64,000 nucleotides of DNA from Tubulanus polymorphus (taxonomy: Eukaryota > Animalia > Nemertea). The stretch covers positions 2,480,001 through 2,544,000 of the forward strand of contig NC_134029.1 of NCBI RefSeq assembly GCF_964204645.1. Reading direction: 5' to 3'. The notes beneath the pieces are model-generated. The model did no database searches and was not told the origin of the DNA. It saw nothing but the letters and a program-made list of their open reading frames with translations. The position numbers and the translations under genes are program-made. Shown in pieces: positions 1 through 13,455 of this stretch. The stretch's first letter is position 1; the number at the start of each line of letters is the position of its first letter.

Positions 1-1681
1 CGAAATTAATTTTCTAAAATTCTCTGCGTGTTTTTAACTGTTTAACGTAGCACATAAAATTAGCATATGAATTACCAATCGCGGGTAAACCGAAGGTTTT
101 ATCGCAGTCCATAAAATCTGTTTAGTTCATCGACCCTCGTAATGAATGTCATTACACTTATGTGGGTTGAATATGACCTCATTGCGGGTTTACGTTCGCT
201 ACAAAACGACACCTTTGACTGTCATTTAGCCGGAACGTCCGACGCATCTGCAGTCGCTAGTATTTCTACCTGCTTCACGTCGGGGTACATCTATAAACTC
301 ATATCCCGTGACGCGCATAATCAGGCTTGTTACGAGTTGCCCCTGTGGGTCAATTATGACCGACTAGCATCGCCGGTTGACGTGATCCGCAATATTTTCA
401 TTACTTGCCAATATTTACTAACCCTGCGGGGACGATTTTGTACCCGACACACACAAAGTTCGTGATATAAGATGCATATGGTTTGTGTTTATTGTATTAT
501 GGACTGACCAGTTTCATTACCGCGCCGGTTTTGAAAGTAACGCCTAGGTAGCGAGTGTGGTGAATATGACGCCTCGACTAGCGGCGAAGCCCCCGCTAGC
601 ACGTCTAAACTAGGATGGTTAACCGATTCTCGTCTCTCCCCGATCATTGATCCAGTCAGACAATATTAACCTATGTAATTATACCTCGGCGGCAAGATCT
701 ACTCGGAAATTGATATAAGATGGAATCGCATGTACATTGATCATCTTTAAAAAAGCTTTAAGCTATTCGAATTTAATGTTCCATCTTATTTGCTCCTGGC
801 ATTTTTTCAGAGTGAAGGCATAATGAGGACCCCGAGCCACCAGCTATCCCGCTAGATGAAATGATAGAAAACTCAATCAAAATTGAGTTCATTTTGTATT
901 AGTTTCATCCAGATTTTTAGCCTCCCTAATAGCAATTTGTCAAATTATATAAACTCAGATCAGTGTTTGATATTCATAGCGCGAATTTTTATTCTTCAAT
1001 AGAGTAGAATGCGAGAAATTACGGAAAGATTTTCATGGAATCCTAGAAGAAATCCGACATCATTTCCAAATGCACACTAGCGAACCTGGTAGATCCTCGC
1101 TTACCATATGCGGAATCCTTGATTGCAACAGCCAAACGTTGAGTCAGGCCTAATGAACCAAATTCCCCGATATAGGTCCCGGAAGATTGAGACCTTGTCG
1201 TGGTGTTAATTTGAAATGTTTTTGGTCCACGTAGTAACGACCTTTTTACGTAAAGTTATCACCATGAACGCAAGCGCGGTCCAATCCACCAAAATGCATA
1301 CATACAACAATAACATTGTGGCGTTTAATATCAGCTCAGTGATGGATGGAACGGTTCAGAAATAATTAATCATTCGTTGTCATCAACGACTTTATGAGAT
1401 AATGAAACTTCATCTTAACATCAGCTGAACTGCTGTTGCTGTTGCTGCTGTTGCTGCTCTAACTTTCACCCGCAAGAAAATAGATTATTAGCTTCACTCG
1501 CGCCTCTTATGAACATCCGCTTTCAATGACATGAAAACAACGTGAGTTCAGGGGTTTCGAACGAAGAAATCGTCAAACGCTTGAATTCATCTTTTCTGCA
1601 AAATCGGCTGATGAGAGTGATCGTGTCAGTTTGATCGCATTTCAAAGAAGGACGATCAAATAATTAGGAATAATTACGTAC

Positions 1682-1757
1682 CTGATATCTGCAGTGATAC
1701 AGCGACTATGAAGATACAAGTCCACTTCGAGTTAAAGTAACAATCTACTGCCTTCAT
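1682..1757 (-). CDS. Candidate first coding exon (signal peptide) of a minus-strand gene continuing to the left
   Basis: On the minus strand: acceptor ttcatttattgcag| near 1837, aaaaATG at 1757, ORF MKAVDCYFNSKWTCIFIVAVSLQIS, then phase-1 donor CAG|gtacgt at 1682. A hydrophobic core followed by a phase-1 intron is typical of signal-peptide exons. Product not identifiable. Confidence 0.45.
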
Positions 1758-4135
1758 TTTTCAACGTCGAGTCTGATAGCTTCCGTCCGTTTTTTTTTTC
1801 AAAATTATCGCGTCCAAATAACTTTCGGTGCCGAGCCTGCAATAAATGAATTTCGACATTAAGAGATTCTGAGCATGTCTTTTTTAATTCGTCAACTCCG
1901 AGAACCACTTTTTGATCTTTGACTCCTCGGTCGATTCCTCGCTGTCAAGTGGCATTGGCGTTAATAAACTAAGCGCGATTGGATAATCTATAAACGAATT
2001 AATATACTTTAAAAAATTCAAGCCAGCGTAAGAAATGGAAGAGTCAGTGCGCACTGATTAGCAACCCCCTGGACGGGACAGCGGTAAGCGAGGGATATAA
2101 CCGCACTAGTGGTGCGCGGATATTATTGGTAACTAGATCTTATTAACGAGCGTGTGAACGGAAAAATGTATGAGAAATGATTTTGCTGACGAGAAAGCTT
2201 ATGCTATTCATCAATAAAGCGTAGCATTAGACCACGTATAATGATCTGTACGAGAACTGGCAGCTTCAGCCAACGTACATTATTTCAAAGGTTTCTAATT
2301 AGGAAGCACCCCCCCCCTCCCCATATACCGTAATACATACTCTCTAGAGTATTCGTTTTCCATAATGATTCTGTCCATAAAAAATGCGATCATAACGAAC
2401 GATTTTTAGTTTACAAAACGGCTCATTGAAATCTGATTCATTTTAATCTCTAAATCTAAAGATAGTTTAACGATATTTCATTAATCAATCTCATTATCAA
2501 CACAATATTTGAATTAGCAACTTTAAATCATTTGGACCAATTTACTGTCGTAAATTTCTATGTTTAATCCAATGAAATCTAAAGACTTGTCTAGTTTTCG
2601 TTCACCGGTCTAGTAATCACCGAAATTTTTCCTAGCGAAAACTTGCTGTTCTCGTTCTCATCATAAAAGATTTAGTTCGGAAAATCTGATTTTATTCCGA
2701 GTGTTCAGGTAAGTATGCGAATGATATTAACGCAACACTTGCAAAATAGAGTGATTTTTATTCTGTGAGGCAATAGACAATCTGCTCAAGTAACGAGAGA
2801 CTGTATCGCGCGCAACGAAACGTAATGTCCGTGTAACCGCATTTCTTTTCAAATGCGTCGTTCGCATGGGAAGAAAGCAATTTATGTTTTCTGGTTTGCT
2901 ACGTGTATACGAGCGATTGATGGGAATATTTAATTTAGCGCAAATAATGAAGTTGGTTCCTGGGGTATTCCAGACAGCGGTATGATCACAAAGCATTCAT
3001 ACAAGATGACGCCGATATCGCTGTCGTAATGCGATAGATACCCACGTGAAATTGGATCCAACACGCCATCCGTCGATACATAATTCATCCTTAGATAAAC
3101 ATATATCTTGTCATAAACTTTCAATTGGCAACCAACTTCAGAAGTTTACGTATACTCGCGTGGAAATATGAATAAAAATTGTTTCCTGTTTCGCGAGTGC
3201 AGCTTTAGATGAAGAAATTGATAGAATGCGTGGACTCGATTAACTTACTACACAACGTAAGAATCTTGATTTTCTATATGCCTGCAGCCCCAGTAGCCAT
3301 AGGGGATTCCGGCAATGAACCTGATAAGAAACTATCGTAATCAGAAAATGATAGCGGATATCGTTAGTGAATCGAGAATGATTGACAGCCAGTCACCACA
3401 CCTGACTGGTCACCACTGACCAGACTAAACTCGGTCATTCACAGTGACCCGGCGATGATGGAGGTCCCATATTGGAAGCAGAAGTCGAGCTTCACTTTTT
3501 AATTTTATCTTCGACATGCGTGCACCCCGATCGAGTTGTCAAGCCGTATTTACACGTTTTAGATACAATCGCGGGAAGACAAATTGATAACTGGGCAGAA
3601 CAGAATATTGACTTTTAAGTCGAAGCAGGCGACTCTATCTGGTGGCCACTGATGTTTCTAAGCTCAAAATGGAACCGCTTTCAGTAGGCTTAGCCACTAA
3701 TAGGAATTCGATTCCAAATCTCTAGAAATTCCAGCCGAATAGAAACAAATATCTTACTCGGGAATCTGCGCAAATAATTTCCGAAACAATATGGCGATTA
3801 ACTTTTTTCTAAGCGTTTCCGGCAGAGACGGAACCAATCTGTAGTTAGTGGTTCGTTAAACGAAAAGAGATTTATGTAAACACTATTCGAATTCGATTTG
3901 CTGCGCTTTCTCCAGAATCCGCCGCAAATTGCCGCAGATGCAATATTGAATTACCGGCAACGAAATCACTATTTGCAAGCTTCGGATTTCGGTCGGACCG
4001 TGGAGATCTCCTCGGAGAGGTTTGAATTTTACAGAGAACGAAATGAAGTGAATAACAGGACGTCGTTTGAATACAAAAACAGCACATGTGTCGGGGAACT
4101 TGTCAATTTCGTTCTCCATCATCCGTCAATATTAC

Positions 4136-4620
4136 CTGACCTCACTACAAATGTTTTTTTCTTGTTTCCATCCCAGCTCTAAGGCGTAGTTCATGAATAA
4201 AAATGAAATCGATTTCGCTGCAAACTATTGAAGGCATTAATAAAGATACAACGATCTTTGGGAACTTAACCATTAAAGATACTATTCTTAAAAACAAATC
4301 CAGATTGTACAGTATTTGTGATACCATTCTATCCTGTACGTCTATTATTTCTTAGTAATTTGAAATCTATTTGAAAAAGGTGTCGATGTCAATTAATTTA
4401 GTAAAAGCTATAATTTGTTGTCATAGTTGTTTCCAAACTCGGCAATACTTACTATTATTCACTTCTCGAGTTCAAACAATCCTTCGTCTCATTCGTAAAT
4501 CCATACATGAAATGTTTTATCTTTTTGATATCTATCGAGCACCTCGTGTTGTTGTTGTTGTTGTTGTCGGTGTTGTTACTGCGCGCGTGGACGAGTGAAC
4601 TATTAGACAAACTAGACTGA
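4136..4620 (-). promoter_or_regulatory. Candidate TSS and non-coding first exon of the minus-strand gene
   Basis: Minus-strand Initiator-like TCAGTC at ~4615-4620 in a CpG-rich patch, followed by an (AAC)n tract (4548-4577) and a donor CAG|gtaat at 4136. Confidence 0.3.
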
Positions 4621-7454
4621 TGTCGTTCGACAGATCGCTCGAATGTTGATGGATAGCTGCTCCGATCGAACGCCACCGATGCCGCGGCCGCCAGACGATG
4701 TGTCAGATAAAGGCGTCGTCCACAATATCGTTCTATCGTGAACAGCCGATTGATTGTCGGAGATATTTACGCGCTAATTAGGGTCCGACATGTGACGTAA
4801 GCACGAGCCATAAGTAACAAAGTTTTGGGTCAGGTTGCAGAATCGAGTAGGAAGTGACCGGCACGTCGCTCTTGAGGAATGACACCCTATGTTCGTGGAA
4901 CAGATGGGTTCACAGAAAACTCATTCAGAACCGTTAATTTCCCCAGGTGTAAACGATACACGGTACCCATTGTGTTCGATAGAGTAATAATCACTGATAC
5001 ATTTTGTCCTTTTCAGTTTTTCGCTGTAAACTATAACCGTCCTATGCTGTTCTTAAAGAATAGTTTTTGAAAAATTTTGTGCTTCTTTATTCATCGCATA
5101 GATCATCGAAATTAGTTGACGAGTAAAATCTATTTCACTCCGTTTATTTTCTAAATGTGCCAAAAAAGTATGATTCCCTAACTTCAATGGAAAGGAACGG
5201 TTAGCGCCTTTAATAATTCAGGTGCGGTCTGTTTTCTTTGCGTGAAAGTTTATTCGTTATCAATTTGTATTAATATTGGTAATAGAAAAGTACGTCATCC
5301 GGGGAAATTGAACGAATGAATAACGTGGGTGCCCAAACGATAGGGACGTTCTGTATAAATTAGAGTTAATGTTATTCATTATTCAATCAGTCCACCGAGT
5401 ATTGCTACATAAACAGTGACAAAACCTACGGAATTATTGATATTACAACAGATTTCGGGGCTAATTTCAAAGGCATCCGTTGATCCATTAATAATACATG
5501 AAATATTGACTGACAGCTCACGTAAATCAGCAATGAGTTAACACGTGAAAATATAAATAAATAAATGCCTTCTCTCTCTCCCAATCTCGGCGCTAATGAA
5601 TGTAGGGAGAGAAATTCTACGACGCTAATTAATGTAGGGATGTTGATTTTTTATCTATATTTGCTATGTACTTATTCATCAATACATCGTGGACGAGGTC
5701 GCAGTTGTTTGAAACATCGCTCTAATCATCAATCCGATGTGAACCGACTTATCACTCGCATGCCATAGTAGGAATCTCTCTCAACCGCCACGTGCTGCCC
5801 TATAGAAATAACATTGGCGGTGAATATGTAAATTAATTTACTAATACTCGCACAATTGTGTCAATTGAATTTTCCGAATTTAGCTTTTCAGGTTTAATTT
5901 TGCTAGAAATGTCGAAAATCCGGTGAGAAATCCCGGTATTGCCTCACCCACACCCAATCAGCATCTCCGTGAACATGTTTGTAACTGATCTTATTTGAGT
6001 AATTCTATCGTTCAGGGTAAGAGGAATATTATTAACTTGACGCCAGATGCCTAATTCATAGATACGACACTCCACTAACTGCGGTTACAGATAAGACTAA
6101 AAGCATCTACGAATGACCACGTGGTCAGCCCGGTGTATGCTCTTAGTTTCTCGACTCAGAAAAAGCGACGCTGGGGCATGTATAGTATGCGAGTCTAGTT
6201 GATGTAACGTCAGGAGTGATTCCGTATGTTTTCGAGATTATCGCGCGCGTCTAATGCAACTTGACATCTGTCGGGATAATTAGTTTAGTTCACCACTGGC
6301 AAGTTAGAAACGTGCCTTGCAAAACCAAAAAGGATTTCAGGAATGAGAAGCACGACGTTGAGTTGCAGGCTATGAAAATGGACGACCCGGCGCGGCTGGA
6401 CTGTGGGCCGGGGCGGGGCCGCTGCACTAGTGGCACATTCTGGAAAAGTATAAAAGAAACCATCTGAATAAAAAAAGAATATGCCTGCCTACAATGTTGC
6501 CTTAGTATCTAGTCCATCCCAAGGAAAGGAAAGGTCCGTGGATGGATAACTCCTGCCGGCTCGGCGGCGCGGGCCCGGTCAAGTAGCAAAGTCCGCTCCA
6601 AGTAATTAAAAATGCCTCATATATCTCCCCTCAATTGAATCGAGGAGTTTTTTTAATGAAAATCTGTCTATTGACGGGATTCTGTGATAACAGTATGAAT
6701 GATGAATAATCGTGAATACATGGTATTAGTGGGTTTTCCCCCAATGACTCAAATAGACCGCTTTTCTCGTGCATGTGAGGTAGTTATCTCGGGTGCATGA
6801 ACTGTCCGTGACTAATAAACTAATTTCATTAGTAAATATTTACGCGGTTTCTATGATAGGAAGACCTGTGGTTGGTGTGAATCTTTAACTGGAAGTGCTA
6901 TCGGTCGGTATAATTTATAAATTATTCTAGAATTTAAGAAAAAAAAACAGGCGGATGCTTATAAATTCGGAAGTAGCTGTTGGGAATCAAATAATTTATT
7001 TCATGGCCTTATCAAAGTTCCTCCACTATATTGTTCAGCTGACTACTGGCGCGTATTCAACCCGGCGGTGGAACCTCATAATGTAAATCCATTCAACAAT
7101 AGAGACACAATTGCGGGTTTTCAGAGTTGTTGATATCATTCTGACACGCGCTATTGAATACGTCACCGGCTGACCACGGTGTACGCAAGCATAGACCATT
7201 CACCTCAGCTTACTCACACTGTGAACATGCTACCGTGGATTCTCCTCCTGGCGATTTTCGCTGCGCTCCCGCTCCTGCTCCTGTTCCTGCTTCCTGAGGA
7301 ACGACGTCTTTATGTTTTATGTGTTACTGTTTGTCTCTGTGCTGTCCTGTACTGTTCCGTGTTAATTAATCCGTTCTATTTTTCAGCAATTAACCCGTTT
7401 TGTTTTTCAGGGCCGATTTCTCTGTCGAATTTCAACGTTTACTGGAACAAAACT

Positions 7455-7680
7455 AATGTCCGAAAGCGTCAGCTCTCCTTCGCCGGTCATGTGTCGAGGA
7501 TGTCAGACAAAGAGTCGGTCAGGAAATTCTGCCCTCTACACGCCCTCATACGGAACACCAAAACCAGGATGACGAGGCCTCACTGCCCCCACCTATCTAC
7601 AAAGTGTGCTGAGTGATGCCAATGACGGGCATATCTGTGAGATTGCACGGGATACAAATGGAGCGGTTATACTGGATTGT
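7455..7680 (+). mobile_element. Degenerate 3' fragment of an RTE-like non-LTR retrotransposon ORF
   Basis: Translation VRKRQLSFAGHVSRMSD then, after a frameshift, LYTPSYGTPKPG*. This resembles the C-terminal R-x-L-x-(W/F)-x-GH-x-x-R...G-x-R-x-x-GRP region of RTE-clade ORFs. Confidence 0.55.
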
Positions 7681-7693
7681 CACGCTACTAGCA

Positions 7694-7955
7694 TTCATTG
7701 TGTCCTTGTGACCGCCCGGATGAGGGATGATTCTACTGTCACGCTCTTTGTTTCTGGTATTCTGAGTCGGCTGAGGGATGATTCTACTGTCACGCTCTTT
7801 GATTTCTAGTTTGAGTGCTAGTTTTCATTGTGTCCTTGTGACAACCCCGGTCAGTGGATGAAGTCTCTCGTCGACTTGTGAGTGCTAGTTTCATTGTGTC
7901 CTTGTGACAACCTCGGTCAGTGGATGAAGTCTCTTGTCACGCTTTTGAGTGCTAG
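7694..7955 (+). repeat. Imperfect local tandem duplications downstream of the LINE fragment
   Basis: tgagggatgattctactgtcacgctctttg x2; ttcattgtgtccttgtgac x3; cggtcagtggatgaagtctct x2. Confidence 0.8.
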
Positions 7956-8819
7956 TTGAGATCCTGAATCTCAACCCGGTCAAGCTGGTTGTACTGCGCT
8001 ATTTGTGTTTCGTGCAATTTTACAGGTGTGTCCGTTACTGACGTCGCCCAGTACATCCTGCAGTTAGATGGGGAATGTGAGGCGTTGTCATTCTGGTTTT
8101 CGCGTTCTGTGTGAGGGCGTGTAGAGGGCAGTATATTCCTGGCTGGCTCATTGTCTGGTGTTCTCGGCATGTGACCGACGACGGAGAGCTGAAAAGCTTT
8201 CAGACATTAGTTTTGTTCCGTACCAGGTTTTCATCGCTCTTCTCTTTTTTTTCATTTCAGGACTCCCAAGATGAAGAAGAAGATGCTGAAGGCGACTACA
8301 ACGAAGACGATGCCAAAAAAGAACACTGGACTCAGCAATATTGAAAGTTAAGTTGATACACATGTAAATTACGATGCGTGATACGGAAAGGATTGTGTAA
8401 CTACAGAATATCGTTCTTTTACTCATTTCAGGTTAATCCGGAAAGGCCCATCTAAAATCTGCCCACCAGAAGTGCCCACAAAAGAATCCACCTTGAACAC
8501 CGAAAGACCTGTCGCAACCGAACCTGGCAGTCTTGCATGGCTCATCCTGCATGGCAGCAGGAATACATAAAGCTAAGTTGATTTTTCATATCTGGGGTAG
8601 AATGCATAGGCGCTGGTCAAGCTCACCATCTCCACACTACTTTATTGAGGCTCTGTGGGCGGTAGTAAATTTAAATATAGCTAGGCAATGATTGCTTGAA
8701 TATTTACAATATTAGACGAAATGATTGAGTGAGGTCCTTTAAATATTCTTTGGTCTGATAATTGAAATGTAGATTGGTCAGTTATTGATTAAAAGATTTT
8801 GTAAGTATGTACAATTAAG

Positions 8820-11800
8820 GAAAATTCAATATCTTATGTGACATTTGAAATTATTCGAATGTACCGTAGATATTTCAGGCCTCATATGACTATTGTTTAA
8901 CTGACAATCAAGATCTAGATAGGACAATTTTTACTAAAAGATATATCAATTAAACTTTATCGTTGGTTGATAGATTTTTCTTTACAAATAATATATTGAT
9001 AAATTTATTAAGATTGAGGCCATACTTTACAATATATACTGTGTGCTGTCTCACACATAACAGTTATGAATTTCATAAGATAGTGTCTAGGGCTCTATCG
9101 AGGTCTGGTGTTATACGGGAAAAACTATGGACTACAGGTCTTTATGAAACAGTGATTTGGTCTCAACACTTTGATAAATCCAGAATAAACCAAAGCTTTA
9201 ATTGATTTAATTCATTCCTGAAACACTGCGTCTTGTTTTGGGCGACGCATGATAATTGTTGTTTGACTGACAATTAGCATACAGCCAGGAAAAATGGCTT
9301 AGATATTCACAATTAAGATGAATTCAATATTTGATGTTAGATCAAAAACTTTTTATATCATAAATATTTATTGAAATATAGCTGAAATATATAATATATT
9401 TGAGCACATCTATAAGGGAATCAGTCTCATTGACTGATCAGTTCTGTATCGCCAACTGCCGCGCTTATGACGACTAGCCATGCTTTTCATTATTGGCAAA
9501 ATTTACTCAAACCTAACTGATTCAATTAATATCTAAAAGCCATACTGTGTGTCAAGTGACGCATATTAGATATAGTTTAACTGAAAATTAGAATCTAAGA
9601 TGAATTACTCATTAACGTATTACTTAGATCGATTAAGGTTAATTCAATTGTTATGTGAAATTATTTCTAATTCCATGGACATTTAAAATGTAGCTGATAC
9701 ATGTGTATCTGAGCACATTTATTTATCTGTATCTAAGTGAACCTATGGTGTCTTCACACAGCTGTATTAGTTTTGATACATATTGCCAAAATCATTTAAC
9801 GCAGATTTACTTCCGATCGAATCTGTGCACAAATACATTCCTGGATTTGGAAGGGGGAATATTTCAATTTCACTGTGTATGTCAGATTGAAAGCCTTATT
9901 CTGACAGGATATCCTAAACTTAGGTCTTATTCCTCTTGCTAATAGCTCTCTTTTACTAACTCCTCTCCTTCAAACTATTTTCTAGCATCATGACTCGCAC
10001 CGCACCAGGGAGGTCCGGTCATAACAAGGTCTTTTGGTCCTTATACACAGTGTACTATATAAGGGGAATAAAGATTATATAGCCGTTCGGCTAAGGGAAT
10101 TTCTAATTTACCACTAAAAATATGCTTTTTTATCTTTAATTTCTGATGAATTCAAATAGTGACGAATTCACCACATCTTAAATTCTACTCATGTAGATTT
10201 TCAGGCTCCATATAAATATTGTTCAACTGACAATTAAAATATAGTTAGTATGATTACTAATTAATGGTTCGCTTAGATACCTAGAATTTAATAAAAATTA
10301 ATTCAATGTAATGAATATAAGTGAAACTTATTCAAAATTGCACAGTGGATGAGACGACTGTATCGCGCAATGTCATCCGCGTCTAACTGGGATCTGTTGA
10401 ATCAGTTAGGTTTTGGGGGATTCTGGGTTAGTTAAGCTAGGTATCAAAAGCTCTGATGCAAAATTAGCAGTTCAAATAGTGATTAATTCAAATTCGTACC
10501 GGATCTGAAATTCTTCTTGTGTAGAAATTTCAAGCCCCATATAAAATATTGTCCGAGACAATTTCAATTATAGCTAGGACATTATCAATTAACGTATAGA
10601 TTAGGTATCTAATTCAGCATCTTCGTATAAGGTAAAAGTGCTCAAATCTAAACCATAGGGGTTGATAAGTATAATTCAATATTGGTTGATATATAAAGAA
10701 TACTGGGTATGTTTTAACTCTGTCTCTTGTGCGTGGGATTTATTGAATCTTTAAGGCTTTGCAAAATTCTGGATTTGTCGAGTTGTGGGAATGATTCGAG
10801 GTTTCTTAAATCTGTAGAACCATGTTACTTATAGGATCAGTGTGCTCAATGCTGGCAGCGCACTCACTCTTTAGTTAGTTATATTATCATAATTACAAAA
10901 TCATTGTATATATTAGGAGCAATATTTAGAATTAATGAAATGGATTAGAATACCATTCACTGGGTACAGATGTCGCCATCTGTGGGTAGAAAACATCTCT
11001 TAAGTTTATTAACTGACGATGAAGTAAATTTGATAATACGAACATGGTTTAGCTGACAATCGAAATATATATAGGCTAATATTACTAGCAGGTTTGCACT
11101 GTATGATGGGCCTGGGTTTCAATAAAAGACACATCAAGAATTTCAAGAAGATAGAAGAGAAAACAGTTCAAAAACGATTTGATAAGATGGATTATGCATT
11201 ACTAAATTTGTTGTAACTCTGGTATTCCTAGAGATGACTATAGATGCTTTAGTTGAATTGTTGTTAAACTCTAATAATCAACCATTGCTTAGATATTTAG
11301 AATATAGATGAATTACTATATGAGCTGAATTTCATAAATATCATTTAAGACTATTATTAAAATCTACGTATCGATCCACGTTGCTGATCTTATATATGAA
11401 TTGACATGATAATTATGATCAGTGATATTCCAAAGGATTTTCTGCTCAAAAGGTTCTGCTCTTTTCTTCAGCTTGCCATTTCAGACTGATTGAAAGATAG
11501 TTTGAATGAACCGGAATCGAATTTCCCAATTATGTACTTCGATTTCAGACATACTCGAGAAAAACTACAATAAACTTTAAAAAATTAGACAAATTTAAAG
11601 GGTGAAAATGACAAAAAAATTAAAGTTAGACAAAATTCTCCCACCTTGTAAACTTTCGGACTAGTAACATGAAAAAAAGACCAAATATTGTAAAATATAG
11701 TTATTTCCAAAGTCTCGATGTATTAAATTAGGCAGAAAAAAAATAGATAAAATTATTCAACCTTGTAAACTTTCGGACTAGTTACATGAAAAAAAGACCA

Positions 11801-12810
11801 AATATTGTAAAATATAGTTATTTCCTAAATCTCGATGTATTAAATTAGGCAGAAAAAAATAGATAAAATTATTCAACCTTGTAAACTTTCGGACTAGTTA
11901 CATGAAAAAAAGACCAAATATTGTAAAATATAGTTATTTCTGAAATCTCGATGTATCAAATAAGGCAGAAAAAAAATAGATAAAATTATTCAACCTTGTG
12001 AACTTTCGGACTAGTTAAATGAAAATAAGACCAAATATTGTAATATATAGTTATTTCCAAAATCTCGATGTATTAAATTAGGCAGAAAAAAAGTTAACCC
12101 CAATCAGTCACTTAATATGTGCTTCGACTATTTAAACGGTGAAAACGACCAAAAAAATTGAAGTTAGACAAAATTATTAAACATTGTAAACTTTCGGACT
12201 AGTTACATTAAAAAAAGACCAAATATTGTAAAATTATCTTCAACAATCAAGTTATTTCCAAGATCAGAATTAGGCAGAATAAAAGATTGTTTGAATGAAC
12301 CGGAACCGAATTACCAATTATGTTCTTGGACTTAAAAAAAAAGATCTGTAAAACGACCGCCGATCACGCAACTATATCTGTACTTCGATTTCCGATTTTG
12401 AAAAAACCGCCGTATCGCTCCCGCCAGGTGTGGTAGGTTTGTAAGGGACACCAACTCGAAAAGTCAAATGAGAGCTTGAGGTCAACAACTCATCAAAAAT
12501 CTGCCAATTAGAGAAAACTGCACAGAAACTAACCGACTTAGGAGATCCTCGTCGATGATGAAACCAGCAATCATAAAAGGTAACTTGATATACATGGAGT
12601 TATTACGATGATTTCTAAATGTCTTGATTACAGGATATATTTATTTACTCATTGCAGCTAAGTTTCAACTATAAGAAAGAGACCAGCTTAAAATCAACTA
12701 CTCATTTGAAATCTACGGATTTGAACAACCCACAGAAGAATCAAACTCATTGGATGGAAATTACCAGTATATAGAAATTTCAGGCCTCATATGAATATCA
12801 GTTGATAAGT
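8820..12810. repeat. Dispersed/degenerate repeated module (~320 bp spacing where adjacent)
   Basis: Core gtaga(a/t)atttcaggcc(t/c)catat..atattgtt(t/c)aactgacaat recurs at ~8866, ~10193, ~10521 and ~12771. Partial gttt(a/g)(a/g)ctga(c/a)aat cores occur at ~9261, ~9576 and ~11047. Confidence 0.6.
11594..12290. repeat. Satellite array, 116-117 bp unit
   Basis: Unit ccttgtaaactttcggactagttacatgaaaaaaagaccaaatattgtaaaatatagttattt...aaattattcaa starts at 11644, 11761, 11877 and 11994 (truncated), with another partial copy at ~12181. The array is bracketed by direct copies of ttgaatgaaccggaa(t/c)cgaatt at ~11502 and ~12291. Confidence 0.92.
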
Positions 12811-13305
12811 GATTATCATCGAAATCTATTTACCTGTCCACATGGCTGATCTTAGAACTTTTATCTTTACTAGTCTTGCACCTTGGAGTAATAAATTTTT
12901 CAAATGATTACTCCAAGCTTAAACATTAATGAACTAGTCCTACTACTGCAATTATTTATTGGGGTTTAAATCGGCAATTGACGTCAATGAACCTAATTCT
13001 GATTTTGGAAATAACTATATTAACTGAAATTAAGTGAAAAACACGGTGGCTTGTAATTTGAAATGACACGTAAGTTATGATAAATCTGTCTAAAATGTTT
13101 TGCTTTCTTCACTTTGTTTCAGTCAAACTACATCCCGGAAATAATGGCCTGAAGAAGACACAAGTAGACAAATACCCATTGACCCATTTGCTGATGAAAA
13201 CTGCAGAAGCCCAGATGAGAAGTTTAGGAGCCAGCGACGGATTAATCACTCAACGATGGAATCTTCTACAATCGGTGGTTGATTTCTATAAAACATTTTA
13301 TCAGG

Positions 13306-13455
13306 AGCAGCAGAGATGATAGTGTATCTTATAAACACTGATTCGCGCAGCAAAGACAATGGATTATCTTATAAAATCTGATTCAGGATAAACACCGAAG
13401 CAGCAAAGACAATGGTTTATCTCATGAACACTGAGATCTAGCAGCGGCAAAGACC
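13306..13455. repeat. Degenerate ~40 bp tandem repeat
   Basis: gcagcaaagacaatgg(a/t)ttatct(t/c)at(a/g)aa(c/a)a..ga, about 3.5 copies. Confidence 0.65.

Noticed and set aside
4750-4792. Possible miRNA hairpin (tgattgtc, miR-219-like seed; tgtcgga..tccgaca)
   Set aside because: Only a 7 bp stem, and the sequence after the seed does not match miR-219.
7179-7616. 145 aa membrane protein ORF
   Set aside because: Chimeric: low-complexity CT-rich start, intron-like T-rich middle and a LINE-derived end.
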